Shown: positions 34,431 through 47,012 of the stretch, in pieces
Layout of the letters: each line of letters opens with the position of its first letter
Numbering within the stretch: position 1 is the stretch's first letter
NCBI GenBank assembly: GCA_043228905.1
Contig: JBHGNT010000004.1
Location: 13,826,001-13,890,000, forward strand
DNA from: Azolla caroliniana
Taxonomy: Eukaryota; Plantae; Polypodiophyta
Direction of reading: 5' to 3'
Length of the DNA: 64,000 nucleotides
Position numbers and translations under genes: made by a program
The notes under the pieces: model-generated
Told to the model about the DNA's origin: nothing
Databases searched by the model: none
What the model saw: only the letters and a program-made list of their open reading frames with translations

Positions 34431-37400
34431 ATGACTAGACCAACGCACGACTTGGTTACAGACCGAGCTCGACGCCTCGCCGAACGGCAAAGACGGCGTG
34501 AGACTTTCCAGCAAGCAGCGCAGGAAATTCGCTCGGATCGTTCGTTCTCCAACGAGATCCGGAGAGTCGCGGAGGAATCTCTCCGGTTACGGCAAACTCG
34601 CGACCAGGACGACGGAGGCAGTCTAAGCAGTCTCCGGGAAACCGAACGACTCCTGGAGGCGCTGGCAAGCGGAGAAAACGAGGCAGAAGCCTTTTCAGCC
34701 TACGAATCGGATTCCGAAGGGGGATAAAGCGTGCACACGAACTACCGGAGCAGCAACGATACCCCCGGCGGCCCGGAAGACGACGGGTCGGATACCGTGC
34801 CGACTCCAGAACCGGAACCGCTCAACCAGGGCTATCCGGAACCGCAAACGGAAGCCGTCAACCCACCAACACCGGAAGTGGAAGAAGCAAAGCCACCAAC
34901 ACCAACGAAAGGGCCGGCAAAGGTACCGGAAGAAGAGCCGGAAAAAGAACCGGAAAAAGGACCGGCAAAAGAACCGGAAGTGGAACCGGAGAAAGAACCG
35001 GAAAAATATCAACAAACGCCACTAAACCGCGGCTTAATACTGGACGACGACATGCCGTTCCAATACTCAAAGTACCGCGATGATCCGGATGCGGAAGCGC
35101 ATGTGGATGACTTCGAGCAGACATGGGAAGCAAATCACACGTCCCAGCGAATGACACCGGAGGAAGAAGAACGCTCGAAGATAGCGGAATTCGGAGTCAC
35201 GTTGGAGGGACCAGCGACACGATGGCGGCGGTCGCAGGACCCGGCGACCATCACAACATTTGCAGAATTAAAAGCAAAATTCTTGCATTTTTTCCACAAG
35301 GAGGTCGACCAGACGACAATGGTGGGCCTGTTTTATACGATCCGGCAGGAGGCAGGGGAAAGCATTCCCCAATTCGTCATCCGTTTCCAACGGATGCATA
35401 GCCAGCTTGCCCGTGCACCCCCGGAGGAGGAATTACGGACGATATTTTTAAACGCACTCCGGGAACCGTTACGCACGGTGTGTACGGTGATCGACTTTCG
35501 AGGATGCACCATCGATCAGGTCATTGACCGGGTCAGAGAAATGGAAAAGACAAGCTCATGGCTTACGCTGGGAACACTGCAACGGGCGTTACCCACCGAG
35601 GAAGATCTCCGGTTCCGGCAGGCAATTCAATGCACAATCTGCTTGAATGCCGGACACTCGGCAGTAGAGTGCACCATGCGCACTCAGTGTGTGATTTGTC
35701 AATCCAAGAGTCATACAACGGACCGGTGCGAGTATAACCTGTTAAACCGACAAGCACCACCCGTCCGACGGATCGAGCCAAGAAACAGCCAAGACGAAGA
35801 TGAAGATCGTTGGCAAAAAATGAACCGGTACCGACCGGCACAGGATGTCCGGTACGGAGACAGGCAAGAGAATGATGGCCGGTACGGGAATCGGCGTGAT
35901 AACTACGACCGGTATGAGCGATCGGACCGTTATCGGGAGCCCAACAGACGACACGAGCAATACGACAGAGACCATTCCCCTGGTTACCGAAGGCACCAGG
36001 AGGACTACGGCCGATGTTACGATCCACCACGACCGGACTACCGAAATAAACATAAGAATAATAAGAAACGTAATTTCAAGAAAGGTGGTCACCCTAGGGA
36101 CCCGGAACATGGAGTCCCAAGGAGCCAACCGGCACAGAACGCACCACTTGCTACGGGACCAACTCCGGCTACCAGCAATGCTGAATCCAGCAATACCCGC
36201 AAAGAGTACTGCTACTACTGCAGGCAGGAAGGCCACTACAGTAACCAGTGCCCGGTAAAGAGCTACGAGAAACGACCAGCAGTTAATATGGTGGTTCCGG
36301 AAGTGGCGGATTTACAGCAAGTAACCACACGGTCGAAAGGCATGGCCAAAGAGTGGGAAACACAAGAGGCCATACGAAAACAGGCGACGGAATGGGTGAA
36401 GGAAGCCAATGAAAAGAACGTCGCGGACGCGGAACGGCAAAAGGCAAATAGCATAGGGAGTGCCGGCGGTAGCCACCCAGAAAACGAGACATGGCAAGCA
36501 CTGCAAGAATGTCAGATCACGTTGCCGTTAGGAAGACTCTTGCAGCTCGTGCCGCGATTTACGGAAGGGCTAAAAACGGGCATGACAGACGGCATAGCCC
36601 CACCGGCACCAGTCCTCTTCTCGAACCCGGAGGAGGGACCGACGGTGGTGGACACTAGTAGTCCGGCGATTACAGCTATTGTCAAAGGGCACGAACTTCC
36701 CGGCACGGTAATCGATGGAGGTTCCGGGGTGAACGTAATAAGCCTCCGTACGTGTGATGCCTTGGGAATACATGAATGGGAGCCATGCCCGTTCTGGCTA
36801 CGGATGGCGGATACGAGTTCGGTACGACCGACGGGCTTAATACGGAAATTGGAAGTCACCATAGGAGGTCACACATTTCACATCTCGGCTGTAGTGCTGC
36901 AGCTACAGGCGCAAGGCGCGTACCCTCTGTTGCTGGGCAGACCATGGTTGAAAACAGCACACATCAAGCAAAATTGGCGAAAAAATATGATTACCTTCCG
37001 GCGCGGAAAAGCCAAGGTCCGGGTACCGACACAACCACGGACAAGCAACGGTAAGGAATGCACACCGCTGTATGCGGAATGTGTGAACATGCTTGAAGGG
37101 TTGGCAGACGACGAAGAAGCCCAGTACTTGGAGGAACACCCGAAGATCGTACCACTCTTCGAGATTGACGTAGCTGAAGCCGTAGCCCCATACTTGCCGC
37201 AGCGGGACGACACCGAAGCTGAACCAGAGAAAGATGTGATTCGGGAATTACGGCAAGCACAGGAAGCGTTGGAACGGGAAATGGCCGTTTCCCAACGGGT
37301 AAAAGCATCCCAGCTCGACGAAGTGAACCTAGGAAGCAAGGACGAATCAAAGCCGGTACACATCGCCAAAGAAATGAAGCCGGAAGATAAAGCGACGATG

Positions 37401-40295
37401 ATCAAACTTCTCACGGAGTTTCGCGACGTATTCGCCTGGTCATACGAAGACATGCGAGGGCTGGACCCTCAATTATATCAGCATCAGATCCACCTAGGCA
37501 AGGACGCGAAACCAGTGGCGCAACGACGTTACCGAATGAACCCCAACTACGCCGCCAAAGTGAAGGAGGAAATCGACAAACTCCTAAGAGTGGGCTTCAT
37601 CCGGCCGGTAAAGAAAGCGACGTGGCTGAGCCCCATCGTCGTCGTCCCCAAGAAGAACGGTAAAATCCGTGTGTGTGTTGATTACAGGAAACTAAATGCC
37701 GCCACAATTACGGATGCATTCCCTCTTCCGTTCACGGACGGAGTACTGGATGCCGTCGCCGGTCATGAAGTTTATAGCTTTTTAGACGGGTTCAGCGGGT
37801 ACAATCAAATCCGGATGCACCCGGACGACCAGGAAAAGACAGCGTTCGTCACCGAATGGGGGGTGTTTGTGGCCGAAGTCATGATGTTCGGCCTAAAAAC
37901 GGCACCAGCAACGTTCCAGCGAATCATCATGGAGATCTTCGGCGAATACATTCCTGCCTTCATGCAAGTTTTCCTGGATGATTTTGCAGTTTATAGCCGG
38001 GGAAAAGACCATTTGCAGCACCTACGGTTATGCCTTGAAAAGTGTAGGTTATACCGGCTAAGCTTAAACCCAGCAAAATGCATCTTTGGGGTTTCAAGTG
38101 GAATATTGCTGGGACACATTGTAAGTAAGGAGGGCATTGCGGTCGACCCGGACAAAGTAAACGCCATACTAGGGGCACCGGCGCCGAAAACGGCCAAAGC
38201 ACTAAGCCGATTCGTAGGACAAATCCGGTGGCACAGCCGGATGCTCCGTCACTTGGCGGACTTGGCGACACCATTACACACCGCGGTACATCGGACACCG
38301 TTCCAATGGACGGATACGGAGGATAAGGCATACAATGCCCTGAAGGTACTTTTATCGCAAGCACCCGTCGTGCAGCCTCCGGATTGGAGCAAGGAATTTC
38401 ACGTGTTCGTGGACGCGTCCGACATCGCTATTGGCAGCGCCTTAATGCAACTTACGGAGCCTAAATGGTACCGGCCGGTATATTACGCCAGCCGGAAACT
38501 ATCCCAAGCGGAGAAGAACTATTCAACGACGGAACGGGAGGCCCTGGGCATGATCTACAGTGTAACAAAGTTTCGTCACTACCTATTGGGAAGGAAGTTC
38601 TCCTTCCATGTGGATCACTCGGCGCTCCTCTACTTAGTTTCCAAGGCGTCCCTGACCGGTAAGTTGGCCCGTTGGACCTTACTGTTGCAGGAGTTCGAAT
38701 TCGAGATTTTCCACCAGCCCGGTATCCAGCATGCCGTAGCAGACTACCTGAGCCGATTAGAGTCCGGAGAACCAGGCGACGGAGTAGCGGATGAATTCCC
38801 GGACGCGGAGTTATTCCGTATCACCCCGGACACGGCAGCGGACGACACGGTGGCATCAGAAGATAAATGGCTGACAAACATGCACCAGTTCCTAAGCACG
38901 GGCCTGCCACCGGAGGAAATGAACCGGGACGAGAGGAAACGACTGGCGGTGCAGAGCCGCAATTTCTGTCTGTTACGGGACACTCTCTACCACAAAGGAG
39001 CAGATGGAATATGGAGACGGGCAGTCCGTAGTGACGAGAAAGAAGTAATCTTACGGGAAGCACACTGTGGGGTTGCCGGAGGACACTATGCCGGGGAAGC
39101 GACGACAAGAAAGGTATGGCAGAGCGGCTTATGGTGGCCCACGACGCTAAAAGATGCCGTCAAGTATGCTAAGGAATGTGACCTATGCCAACGAATGGGC
39201 CAGCCTACGGAGCAAGCACGGATGCCACACCAACCGGTACTTCCACTAGAGCCATTCCAGAAGTGGGGGTTGGATTTTGTCGGACCGTTCAAGCCACCGG
39301 CAATGAGAACGGGTAATCGTTATGTCATCGTGGCAACGGATTATTGCACTAAATGGGTGGAAGCTAAGGCCCTGAGAGACAACACCGCGTCATCCACAGC
39401 AAAATTCCTGTACGAAAACATTTGGTGCCGATATGGATGTCCGATTGAATTAATCAGCGACCAAGGAGGCCACTTCCTCGGCCAGGTAGTGGAAAGCTTA
39501 ACAACGTTCTATGCCGTGGTCCATAAAAGAAGCACACCGTATTACCCACAGGCGAACGGGTTAGCAGAGTCCACCAACAAAACGCTGCAGAACATTCTCC
39601 GCAAAATTGTCAATGAAAACCGGACGGACTGGGACACAAAGCTCCATAGTGCGCTATGGGCGTACAGAACGGCATACAAAACGAGTATCCGGACAACGCC
39701 GTTCCGGTTAGCATTCGGCTTAGAAGCGGTCATGCCGGTCGAGTTTCAGGTACCAAGCTTACGGATCCAACTACGGGAACGGCTGAATGAAAAGAAGTTG
39801 GAGGAAATACGGCTAGCAGCACTATGCGAACTGGAGGAGCAACGGCTGGCCAGCATCCTACACATGGAACTGGAGCAACGACGACGGAAAGCGTTCGTTG
39901 ACCGTCACCGGAAAGGTAATGAGAGGATGTTCGAAATCGGAAAGCCGGTGCTAGTATTCCAAACGAGGATGGGCAAGATGCCGGGTAAACTCCGGTTCAG
40001 ATGGACAGGCCCGTATTGGCTGACACGGGAATACAACGGGTCCTATCAGATAGGGACACTTGCCGGGGAAGTACTAGGCAAGTGGGTGAATGGATTTCGA
40101 CTAAAGCGCTATAAAGGACCGATGCCAAAGAACCCGTTTATGCAGCTCACCGGCACTACACCAGGAACCTGTCCGGGATCGGTACGGATCGATCCGGAAG
40201 AAAAAGACGACGGGGAACCCGTAGTAGAGACGAAGGAAGACACGGCAACCCGTAAGGAAAACGGTCAGGGTCCGAAGGGACCTACGGATGTGTAA
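34431..40295 (+). CDS. Element B gag-pol (one stop at 34725-34727, then 1854 open codons)
   Basis: All domains present. The N-terminus is collinear with A, where this codon is not a stop. Confidence 0.9.
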
Positions 40296-40308
40296 GGTCA
40301 CACACCGT

Positions 40309-43300
40309 TGTCGTAGTGTATTTTGTACACTACGTGAAAAATGTATATAGTATTAGATTCAATAAAAAATGAAGAAATAGAAGAAAATAGCAAAATAAAT
40401 GGAACATGCATAGGGCAAGATTCGAACCTTGCACCTCCATGTTAATAACGTAATGTCTTACCATTACACTAGCATTTCATTAGTGTTAAAGCATAGATGT
40501 CCCACATAGAAAGGTAAATTCACGCTAGGATAAACATTAGAAAAACGCATAACAAAAGAAAAAGCTACACATACACATCTAGCGTGCATGATAAAAAACG
40601 CACAAGTTAGAAAAAGCATGATCACTTTAGATAAAGCATATAGTCTATCTATAGGAAAAGCATGGGGTCTATAGTTAGAGAAAAAGCATGGATTACTAAG
40701 ACTTCCTCATCACTACATAAGGATGGGAAGCACAATGTAATTGTGTGTGAAATATTTGGAAATTGGATATATTTCCGAAAACACCAACCGATTAATATAA
40801 TCGTGGGATTCACGAAAATAATATAAACTATACTCGTGGGATTCACGAGAATTCTATATCATTCTCTTTCAACCGAAGTTTATATTCTTATATTCATATT
40901 GATTAATCTAATACAATACACTCGTGGAATTCACGAGTTTGCTATAACTCTTTCTTACAACATATTTATATTCTTATTAGCCTTAAAACTCTCCTCTTCC
41001 TAGTCCAAAACCCCCGCGGTTCCCACCCGACTCACGCAACGATCTGGCGCCGAAAGGCACGACACAGTTGGTGAGCCCGACGCGAAGGCGGGTGGCAAGG
41101 AGATGGAGAATCAACAAGAGGCGATGAACATGATGATGATGATGTTCGAGAGAATGCTACAAGAACAACGCGAGATGTCGGAGATCACGACAGTAGTACA
41201 ACGGCTCGTACAACGAAACGGACAATTCAATGGAAACGATGTGTCACGCTATCTACGTGACTACAAAGGGGAGATGATGCGATGTGGGATACCGGAAGGA
41301 TTGCAAGTGATATCCTTCAGTCGGGTAGCCACGGATGAGTTACAAGAAAGAATCTACAAGATACGGCAACAAAATCCAACATGGGGGTCCTTTGAAGAAG
41401 CTTTACGAGAGGCATATGACTATGAGAGATCGAAGGGACGAGATCGACGCAAGTTTGACAAATGGGTGGCATCGGAGAAGACCCACCGAAGTGCAACACA
41501 AGCATTCCTAGAGTTCGAGCATCGTTTTGCTCGACTCTCGGAGCGGGAACGAAGATTGGTGGGAGAAGATAAAGTCTTAATGTTCGTAAGATCGATCGAT
41601 CGGAAAGAAAGGATGGACATCGGGATCGAACTCGAAGAACTCGAAGATGATGACGGTGCGAACGGTCTTACCGAGGATTGGGCCAAAGTCGAAAGGGTAT
41701 GCCGAAGACATGATGAAAGGAAGCTGAGAATCTCGTCAACAACGACATGGCCCATGAAGGATGGTCGATTGAGGAAAAACGATGAAGCCAATATGAAGGC
41801 CGAAATACAACATGATGGTACCATGGGAGAAAGAGTGGAACAAGACACCCACTCGTCTTGTGAAAGAACGATGGCGAAGGATAAGGCCGATAATTCAAGT
41901 GTAGAAGGAAATTTCGGGATACAAGTGCCCGAGACATCGGGTCAAAAAGGGGTAAGCATAATAGATGTTTGCATAATTGATGCAGATAAAGAGTGTGAAG
42001 CGGATGTGATTAAGGAGGTAGCCACAAAAGACGAAATCGAATCGGAGGTGGCTATGGACGAATCAATGGCGGATTGCCATATCGAGACTTCCCCACCACT
42101 GATTCCAGAGACTCCGGCGGTTGCGATCGAAAGGCAACGTGAGACCGAAGAGACGGAAGGTGGCGGAGAGAAAACGAATGTTGAAGCCGACGAATACGAT
42201 GAAGAGATAGCCGAGAAGAATGCTAAGGGTGAAACTACGAAAGAAGGTAATACCGAGGATTCATGCCAACAATATCTAGAGACTTCGGCGGTTGTGTCCG
42301 AGAACCAACGTGAGACCGGAGAGACGGGAGATGGCGGCGAGGAAGGTAAAGTCGGAAGTCGGTTCGGATGGAAAATGATCCATCCGAAATTCCAATCTAA
42401 AAGAAAGTGCGACAATGCGGAGGTCGGGTCTACGACGGGAGAAGCGCGTAATACAGAGCACGCTCTACGGCGAATAAAGAAACGCGTGTTATTGCGAATA
42501 AAGAAGCACGCGCTACAGCGAAAAAAGAAGCATGCATTACAACCACACGAGGACCGAACAACGAGCACATATCGGAGGACCTACGTAGCGAACAACGGAA
42601 AGAAGTGCCGAAAGTCGAACCGGACAAGGCAGGTGAAAACGAAGAAAAGAAAGCAAATCCGGACGAAAAGAAAAGAAAAGAAACCGACCCGAAAGAGCAC
42701 TGAATCGGTAAAAACCGATCAACCGAGTCCGGATCGACCGAATACAAATCGGAAAGGAAGCCGAACTAAACGAAAGACGATCCGACGAGACCGAATCGGA
42801 AGTAAGCTAATCCGACTAAACCGAAAATCCGAAAAGAAGTCGAGATTGATGAAGAAAAGAAAGAGGGCAAGAAAAGATACTACCGCGGATGACAAGGACC
42901 AAGCGGGCCATGCAAAAAGCGAACGAAGACTATGGTGGATCGGATGTCGACAATGGTTCGGGTGGAAAGAATGGATGTGCTCCAAATGGAGAGACAAAGT
43001 CAACATAACAAGAGAAGTCGAGGGTACTACGAGCCGGCAACGAAACCAATCGGGTAGAGACCGGACGGAGGAGACTAACAAACACCAACAACTTCGGCAC
43101 ATACCGGAGGATGTGCGGGTTTGGAGGGGGCGAGTGTCGTAGTGTATTTTGTACACTACGTGAAAAATGTATATAGTATTAGATTCAATAAAAAATGAAG
43201 AAATAGAAGAAAATAGCAAAATAAATGGAACATGCATAGGGCAAGATTCGAACCTTGCACCTCCATGTTAATAACGTAATGTCTTACCATTACACTAGCA

Positions 43301-43885
43301 TTTCATTAGTGTTAAAGCATAGATGTCCCACATAGAAAGGTAAATTCACGCTAGGATAAACATTAGAAAAACGCATAACAAAAGAAAAAGCTACACATAC
43401 ACATCTAGCGTGCATGATAAAAAACGCACAAGTTAGAAAAAGCATGATCACTTTAGATAAAGCATATAGTCTATCTATAGGAAAAGCATGGGGTCTATAG
43501 TTAGAGAAAAAGCATGGATTACTAAGACTTCCTCATCACTACATAAGGATGGGAAGCACAATGTAATTGTGTGTGAAATATTTGGAAATTGGATATATTT
43601 CCGAAAACACCAACCGATTAATATAATCGTGGGATTCACGAAAATAATATAATCTATACTTGTGGGATTCACAAGTTTCTTATATCTTTCTTTCAATCTA
43701 AATACATATTCTTACCTAAATATTGACTAAATATACTAAACTCGTGGGATTCACGAGATTCTTATCTTATAACTCTTTATACGTATTCTTTACTAGCCTT
43801 ATTTGTATTTTTCTTTCTCCTAGTCCAAAACCTCGGTGGTTCCCACCCGACTCACGCAAACGATCCGGAGCCGAAAGGCACGACA
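40309..43885 (+). mobile_element. Element E2: gag-only LTR element inserted between pol and ORF2 of B
   Basis: LTRs 40309-41064 and 43135-43885. 4-bp TSD CCGT. PBS TGGTGAGCCCGAC and PPT GGAGGGGGCGAG. Confidence 0.93.
41103..43142 (+). CDS. E2 single ORF (679 aa): gag capsid-like N-terminus with acidic, basic and Trp-rich tail
   Basis: FNGNDVSRYL..W.SFEEAL gag-like motifs. The ORF fills the internal region and stops just inside the 3' LTR. Confidence 0.8.
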   Translation: MENQQEAMNMMMMMFERMLQEQREMSEITTVVQRLVQRNGQFNGNDVSRYLRDYKGEMMRCGIPEGLQVISFSRVATDELQERIYKIRQQNPTWGSFEEALREAYDYERSKGRDRRKFDKWVASEKTHRSATQAFLEFEHRFARLSERERRLVGEDKVLMFVRSIDRKERMDIGIELEELEDDDGANGLTEDWAKVERVCRRHDERKLRISSTTTWPMKDGRLRKNDEANMKAEIQHDGTMGERVEQDTHSSCERTMAKDKADNSSVEGNFGIQVPETSGQKGVSIIDVCIIDADKECEADVIKEVATKDEIESEVAMDESMADCHIETSPPLIPETPAVAIERQRETEETEGGGEKTNVEADEYDEEIAEKNAKGETTKEGNTEDSCQQYLETSAVVSENQRETGETGDGGEEGKVGSRFGWKMIHPKFQSKRKCDNAEVGSTTGEARNTEHALRRIKKRVLLRIKKHALQRKKKHALQPHEDRTTSTYRRTYVANNGKKCRKSNRTRQVKTKKRKQIRTKRKEKKPTRKSTESVKTDQPSPDRPNTNRKGSRTKRKTIRRDRIGSKLIRLNRKSEKKSRLMKKRKRARKDTTADDKDQAGHAKSERRLWWIGCRQWFGWKEWMCSKWRDKVNITREVEGTTSRQRNQSGRDRTEETNKHQQLRHIPEDVRVWRGRVS

Positions 43886-44260
43886 CCGTCATTAAAAATT
43901 TTTAAAAAAAAAAAAAAAAAAAAAAAAAGAAAATCATTAAAAATCGAGGTATGAACGGGTGTGAAAGCGAGGCGCGAAAAGGTACGTAGTGGGCATTTAA
44001 GAGACGCCACGCTACTTAATACTAAATTGGTACACGACGTGTGCATGCTCGAAAAAGGCGCCAAAACGCACAAAGAAGAAGCAGAACGCATGGAGACCTT
44101 TTCATTTCGCGAGCCAAGAAGCACAGAAGCACCAAGACAGTGGAAGCTGAGCAAACGCGAACCTGCACGCAGAGAACCCCCGCGCTCAGAACGCTCTCTC
44201 TCTCGCTCTCACTCTCATCACCACTCTACCTCGCCATCTTCCCTCGACCTTGAAGCAGAC

Positions 44261-46960
44261 ATGGAACCACAAACGCTGTCGGAAGCGGCCAGGAAATGGT
44301 TCAGGCAAAACGGACTGGAGGGGTTCTTGGCCATCATGGAGGCACCGCCGCACAGAGAAGCCGACCGGGTCATCAAGGAGCTCGCCACAGAGGTCATCAC
44401 CGAGGAAGCGATCCGCGCGCTAACAGGCCTTCCGGAGGGAGGAATCTTTCAGATCGATAACCCAACCTCGGAGCAACTCACCCGATATTTCGGTGAGTAC
44501 TCTGTTGCCGGCAAAGGCTATCGGACGCAGGGCGGCGAAGATCCGCTATTCAGGGAGATAGCTCGAGTGCTCCATGAGTACGGTCACGTGTACCCCCGAC
44601 CCCCTGTCATGCCAAAAAATCGGGCAGGGATGATCATAGCCACCTATGAAGGGGTCAAGGTGGACTGGCCGGTGTTGATTGCAGACGGGTTGTGCATGGC
44701 AATCGACATGGTACGAGGGAAGGACGGCAAGGAGGGCCGGAAGCTGTGACACGCCGTAGCTCAATGGATAACATTGCTCGTGCCGCCGGTCGAGACCGTC
44801 CAGCCAAAGAAGCGGCCAAGAGTATCGGAAGGAAGCACCTCGAAGCCGGCGTCCAAACGACAGCAGCTGCTGGCGTCGAAGGCGACGAAAGGGAAGAAAC
44901 GGGCCCCAGAACCGGAGGAGGTGTCACCGGTCCGACCCGTCAAGATAACCTTACGGAGACCGGGACAGAAGGAACCGGAACCCTTGACGGCACAGAAACA
45001 TGCCGTGACACAGGAAGAGGAAACGGAGGAGCCAGAAGAGCACCTCCAACGACGGTCAAGAAGTAGGACCGCCGAGACAGGAGGGGAGCGGTCGTACCCG
45101 CGAGAGGCAGAAACGCCCCCAACTCAACCTGAGCAAACCACAAGGGAAGAACCGGAACCGGTGCGTAGGGAACCGGTCTTGTCGACTTCTATAGAAGAAG
45201 TCAGTCCAACGGCTCCGGAGACGGCGAGAACCGGAACTCAACAGCCGGCGAGCCCAGCCAGAGCACACGGCGGCCAAGGAGTAGAACCAGAACGGCATAT
45301 GCAGGCACTCAGGCCAGACAATTCCACAGGGAATGAGCCGACCCGACCAGTACAGCAACAAGGCACCAGTAGCATGTGGCTACGGTGGGTAGGCGAGCAA
45401 ATCGCCGGAGTGGTCGAGTATATAGAGGCGGAAGAGAGAGCGCACCAGGAACGGTTGCTCGTCACAACCGTAGATCTAGAGACGGCCCGGTCCAGAATCC
45501 GGAGCCTTGAACAAGACTTGGACAGGGTCACAAGGAAAATGGCGCAAGTGGCTTTGACAACACAAGTCCAAGCACCGGTGACTCCGGGCAATGTACAGAA
45601 TAAAGCGACAGATCAACCTGTACATAGCAATCAGACCCCGGCAACGGAAACCGTTCCGGAGAGAAATGCGGCACAAGCCCAAGAGCTTGCGGATTTAAAG
45701 GATGAGCTTGCTGCCCAAGAAGCGCTGAGGAGCCGCGAAAGAGAATTGAAGACGGCAGCGGAGGCAGAACTCAAAAAGACTGCTGAGAATCTACGCCGGG
45801 CCGAGGAGAGCTTACGGAAAGGCCACCAAGCGTACGACCGGCTCAAGGAGGAAAAGGAGAAAATGCTGCAAGAGAAGGACAAGCTCCGGAGGAACGCCGA
45901 AACAGAAGTAGAGCGCCTGAAAGAGGAACTCCGGCAGGTAAAGGACCGGGAGGACCGGAACCATCGCCAGCTCAACGGCAAGCTCAAACAAAAAATGGAG
46001 GAATTTGAGCAATTGCACCGGGAGTATAAACGGTTGCAAACGGAGCACAAGGAACGGACGGATGAGCTCCGGCAAGCAGTTGATCGGACCGCAACCGCAT
46101 TCGCCAAGGAACAAGCGGAAAACAAAAGACGGTTGGAAGAGGCGGAGAAGGTTCGAACAGAGCTCCTCAGGCAACAGCAGGCGGAAAAAGAAAGAGCGGC
46201 GGAGGTACTGCAGAGGCTGCAAACGACATATCAAGGGCAGCTGACGCGCTACAGAGAGCAGGCGGAGGATACGGCAAACCTCATCAAGCAGTTGAAGGAG
46301 GAGCGACAAGTGGTGGAAAGCAGAGCTCAAATGGGAGCAAGTCGCATCCAAGATATAATGCGGGCCTGGTTGAACCAGACCAAGAGCTTGATTGACAACG
46401 GTTCCGTCAAATGGTGGACCAAGTGGGCCACGAACGCGGCGGAACTCCAATTGCTCCGGGCCGACGTAGAGAACCGGCGGAAGGAGGGAGATGATTGCTA
46501 TATGCTGACTTCCGAAGACTTCACCGGCATAAGGGATGAGCTTGCCGAAGACTTTCAAGCCTTGGCAGAGGACCAACTAGAGCAAGTCCGGCAACTTGTA
46601 GCTCAGCTGGACGACGACAGGCTGGAGGCGCAGATCCAGTTTGAAAGCTACGAGAGGTCCCGGATCCGGGGAGAGAAAGAACGAGAACCAGTTACGGTCA
46701 ACCTCAGTGATGAGGAACCGTTACTGGAAGGAGACCGGACCGGAAGCAGTCAAACGGAGATGCCGGAGCCAGAGAGACAAACGGAGCAGCCGGAGTCAGC
46801 GAAACAAACGGAGCAGCAGCAGCAAGCAGAGCAGCCGGAGCAACCTCAGTCCCAACCGCAACCACAGCAGCAGCAGCAAGCACAGCCGCAACAACCACAA
46901 CCGGAAGAACAAGCGGAAATTCTTGAACAAAGTAATTTGGACAATTTGGGTGAACAATGA
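44261..46960 (+). pseudogene. Element B ORF2 (one TGG>TGA stop at 44747-44749)
   Basis: ORFs 43961-44749 and 44774-46960 are in frame. A has Trp at this position (RIWHAV). Confidence 0.85.
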
Positions 46961-46972
46961 AGGGGCCGAGAA

Positions 46973-47012
46973 GGGTTCGACGTACAAGGTACTGTCCCAC
47001 GGGCGTGCCATG
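46973..47012 (+). promoter_or_regulatory. tRNA-Arg 3'-half-like motif at the PPT position
   Basis: GGGTTCGA-CGTACAAGGTACT-GTCCCACGGGCGTGCCA-TG then the LTR. Homologues at 9133-9176 (minus strand) and in D. Confidence 0.75.

Noticed and set aside
34731-40295. Tat/Ogre assignment from the Arg-type PBS
   Set aside because: No second (archaeal-type) RNase H seen in pol. Athila-like is itself provisional.
40309-41064. Retrozyme (4-bp TSD, non-autonomous, GAAA hairpin)
   Set aside because: No CTGANGA hammerhead core seen on either strand, and the element encodes gag.
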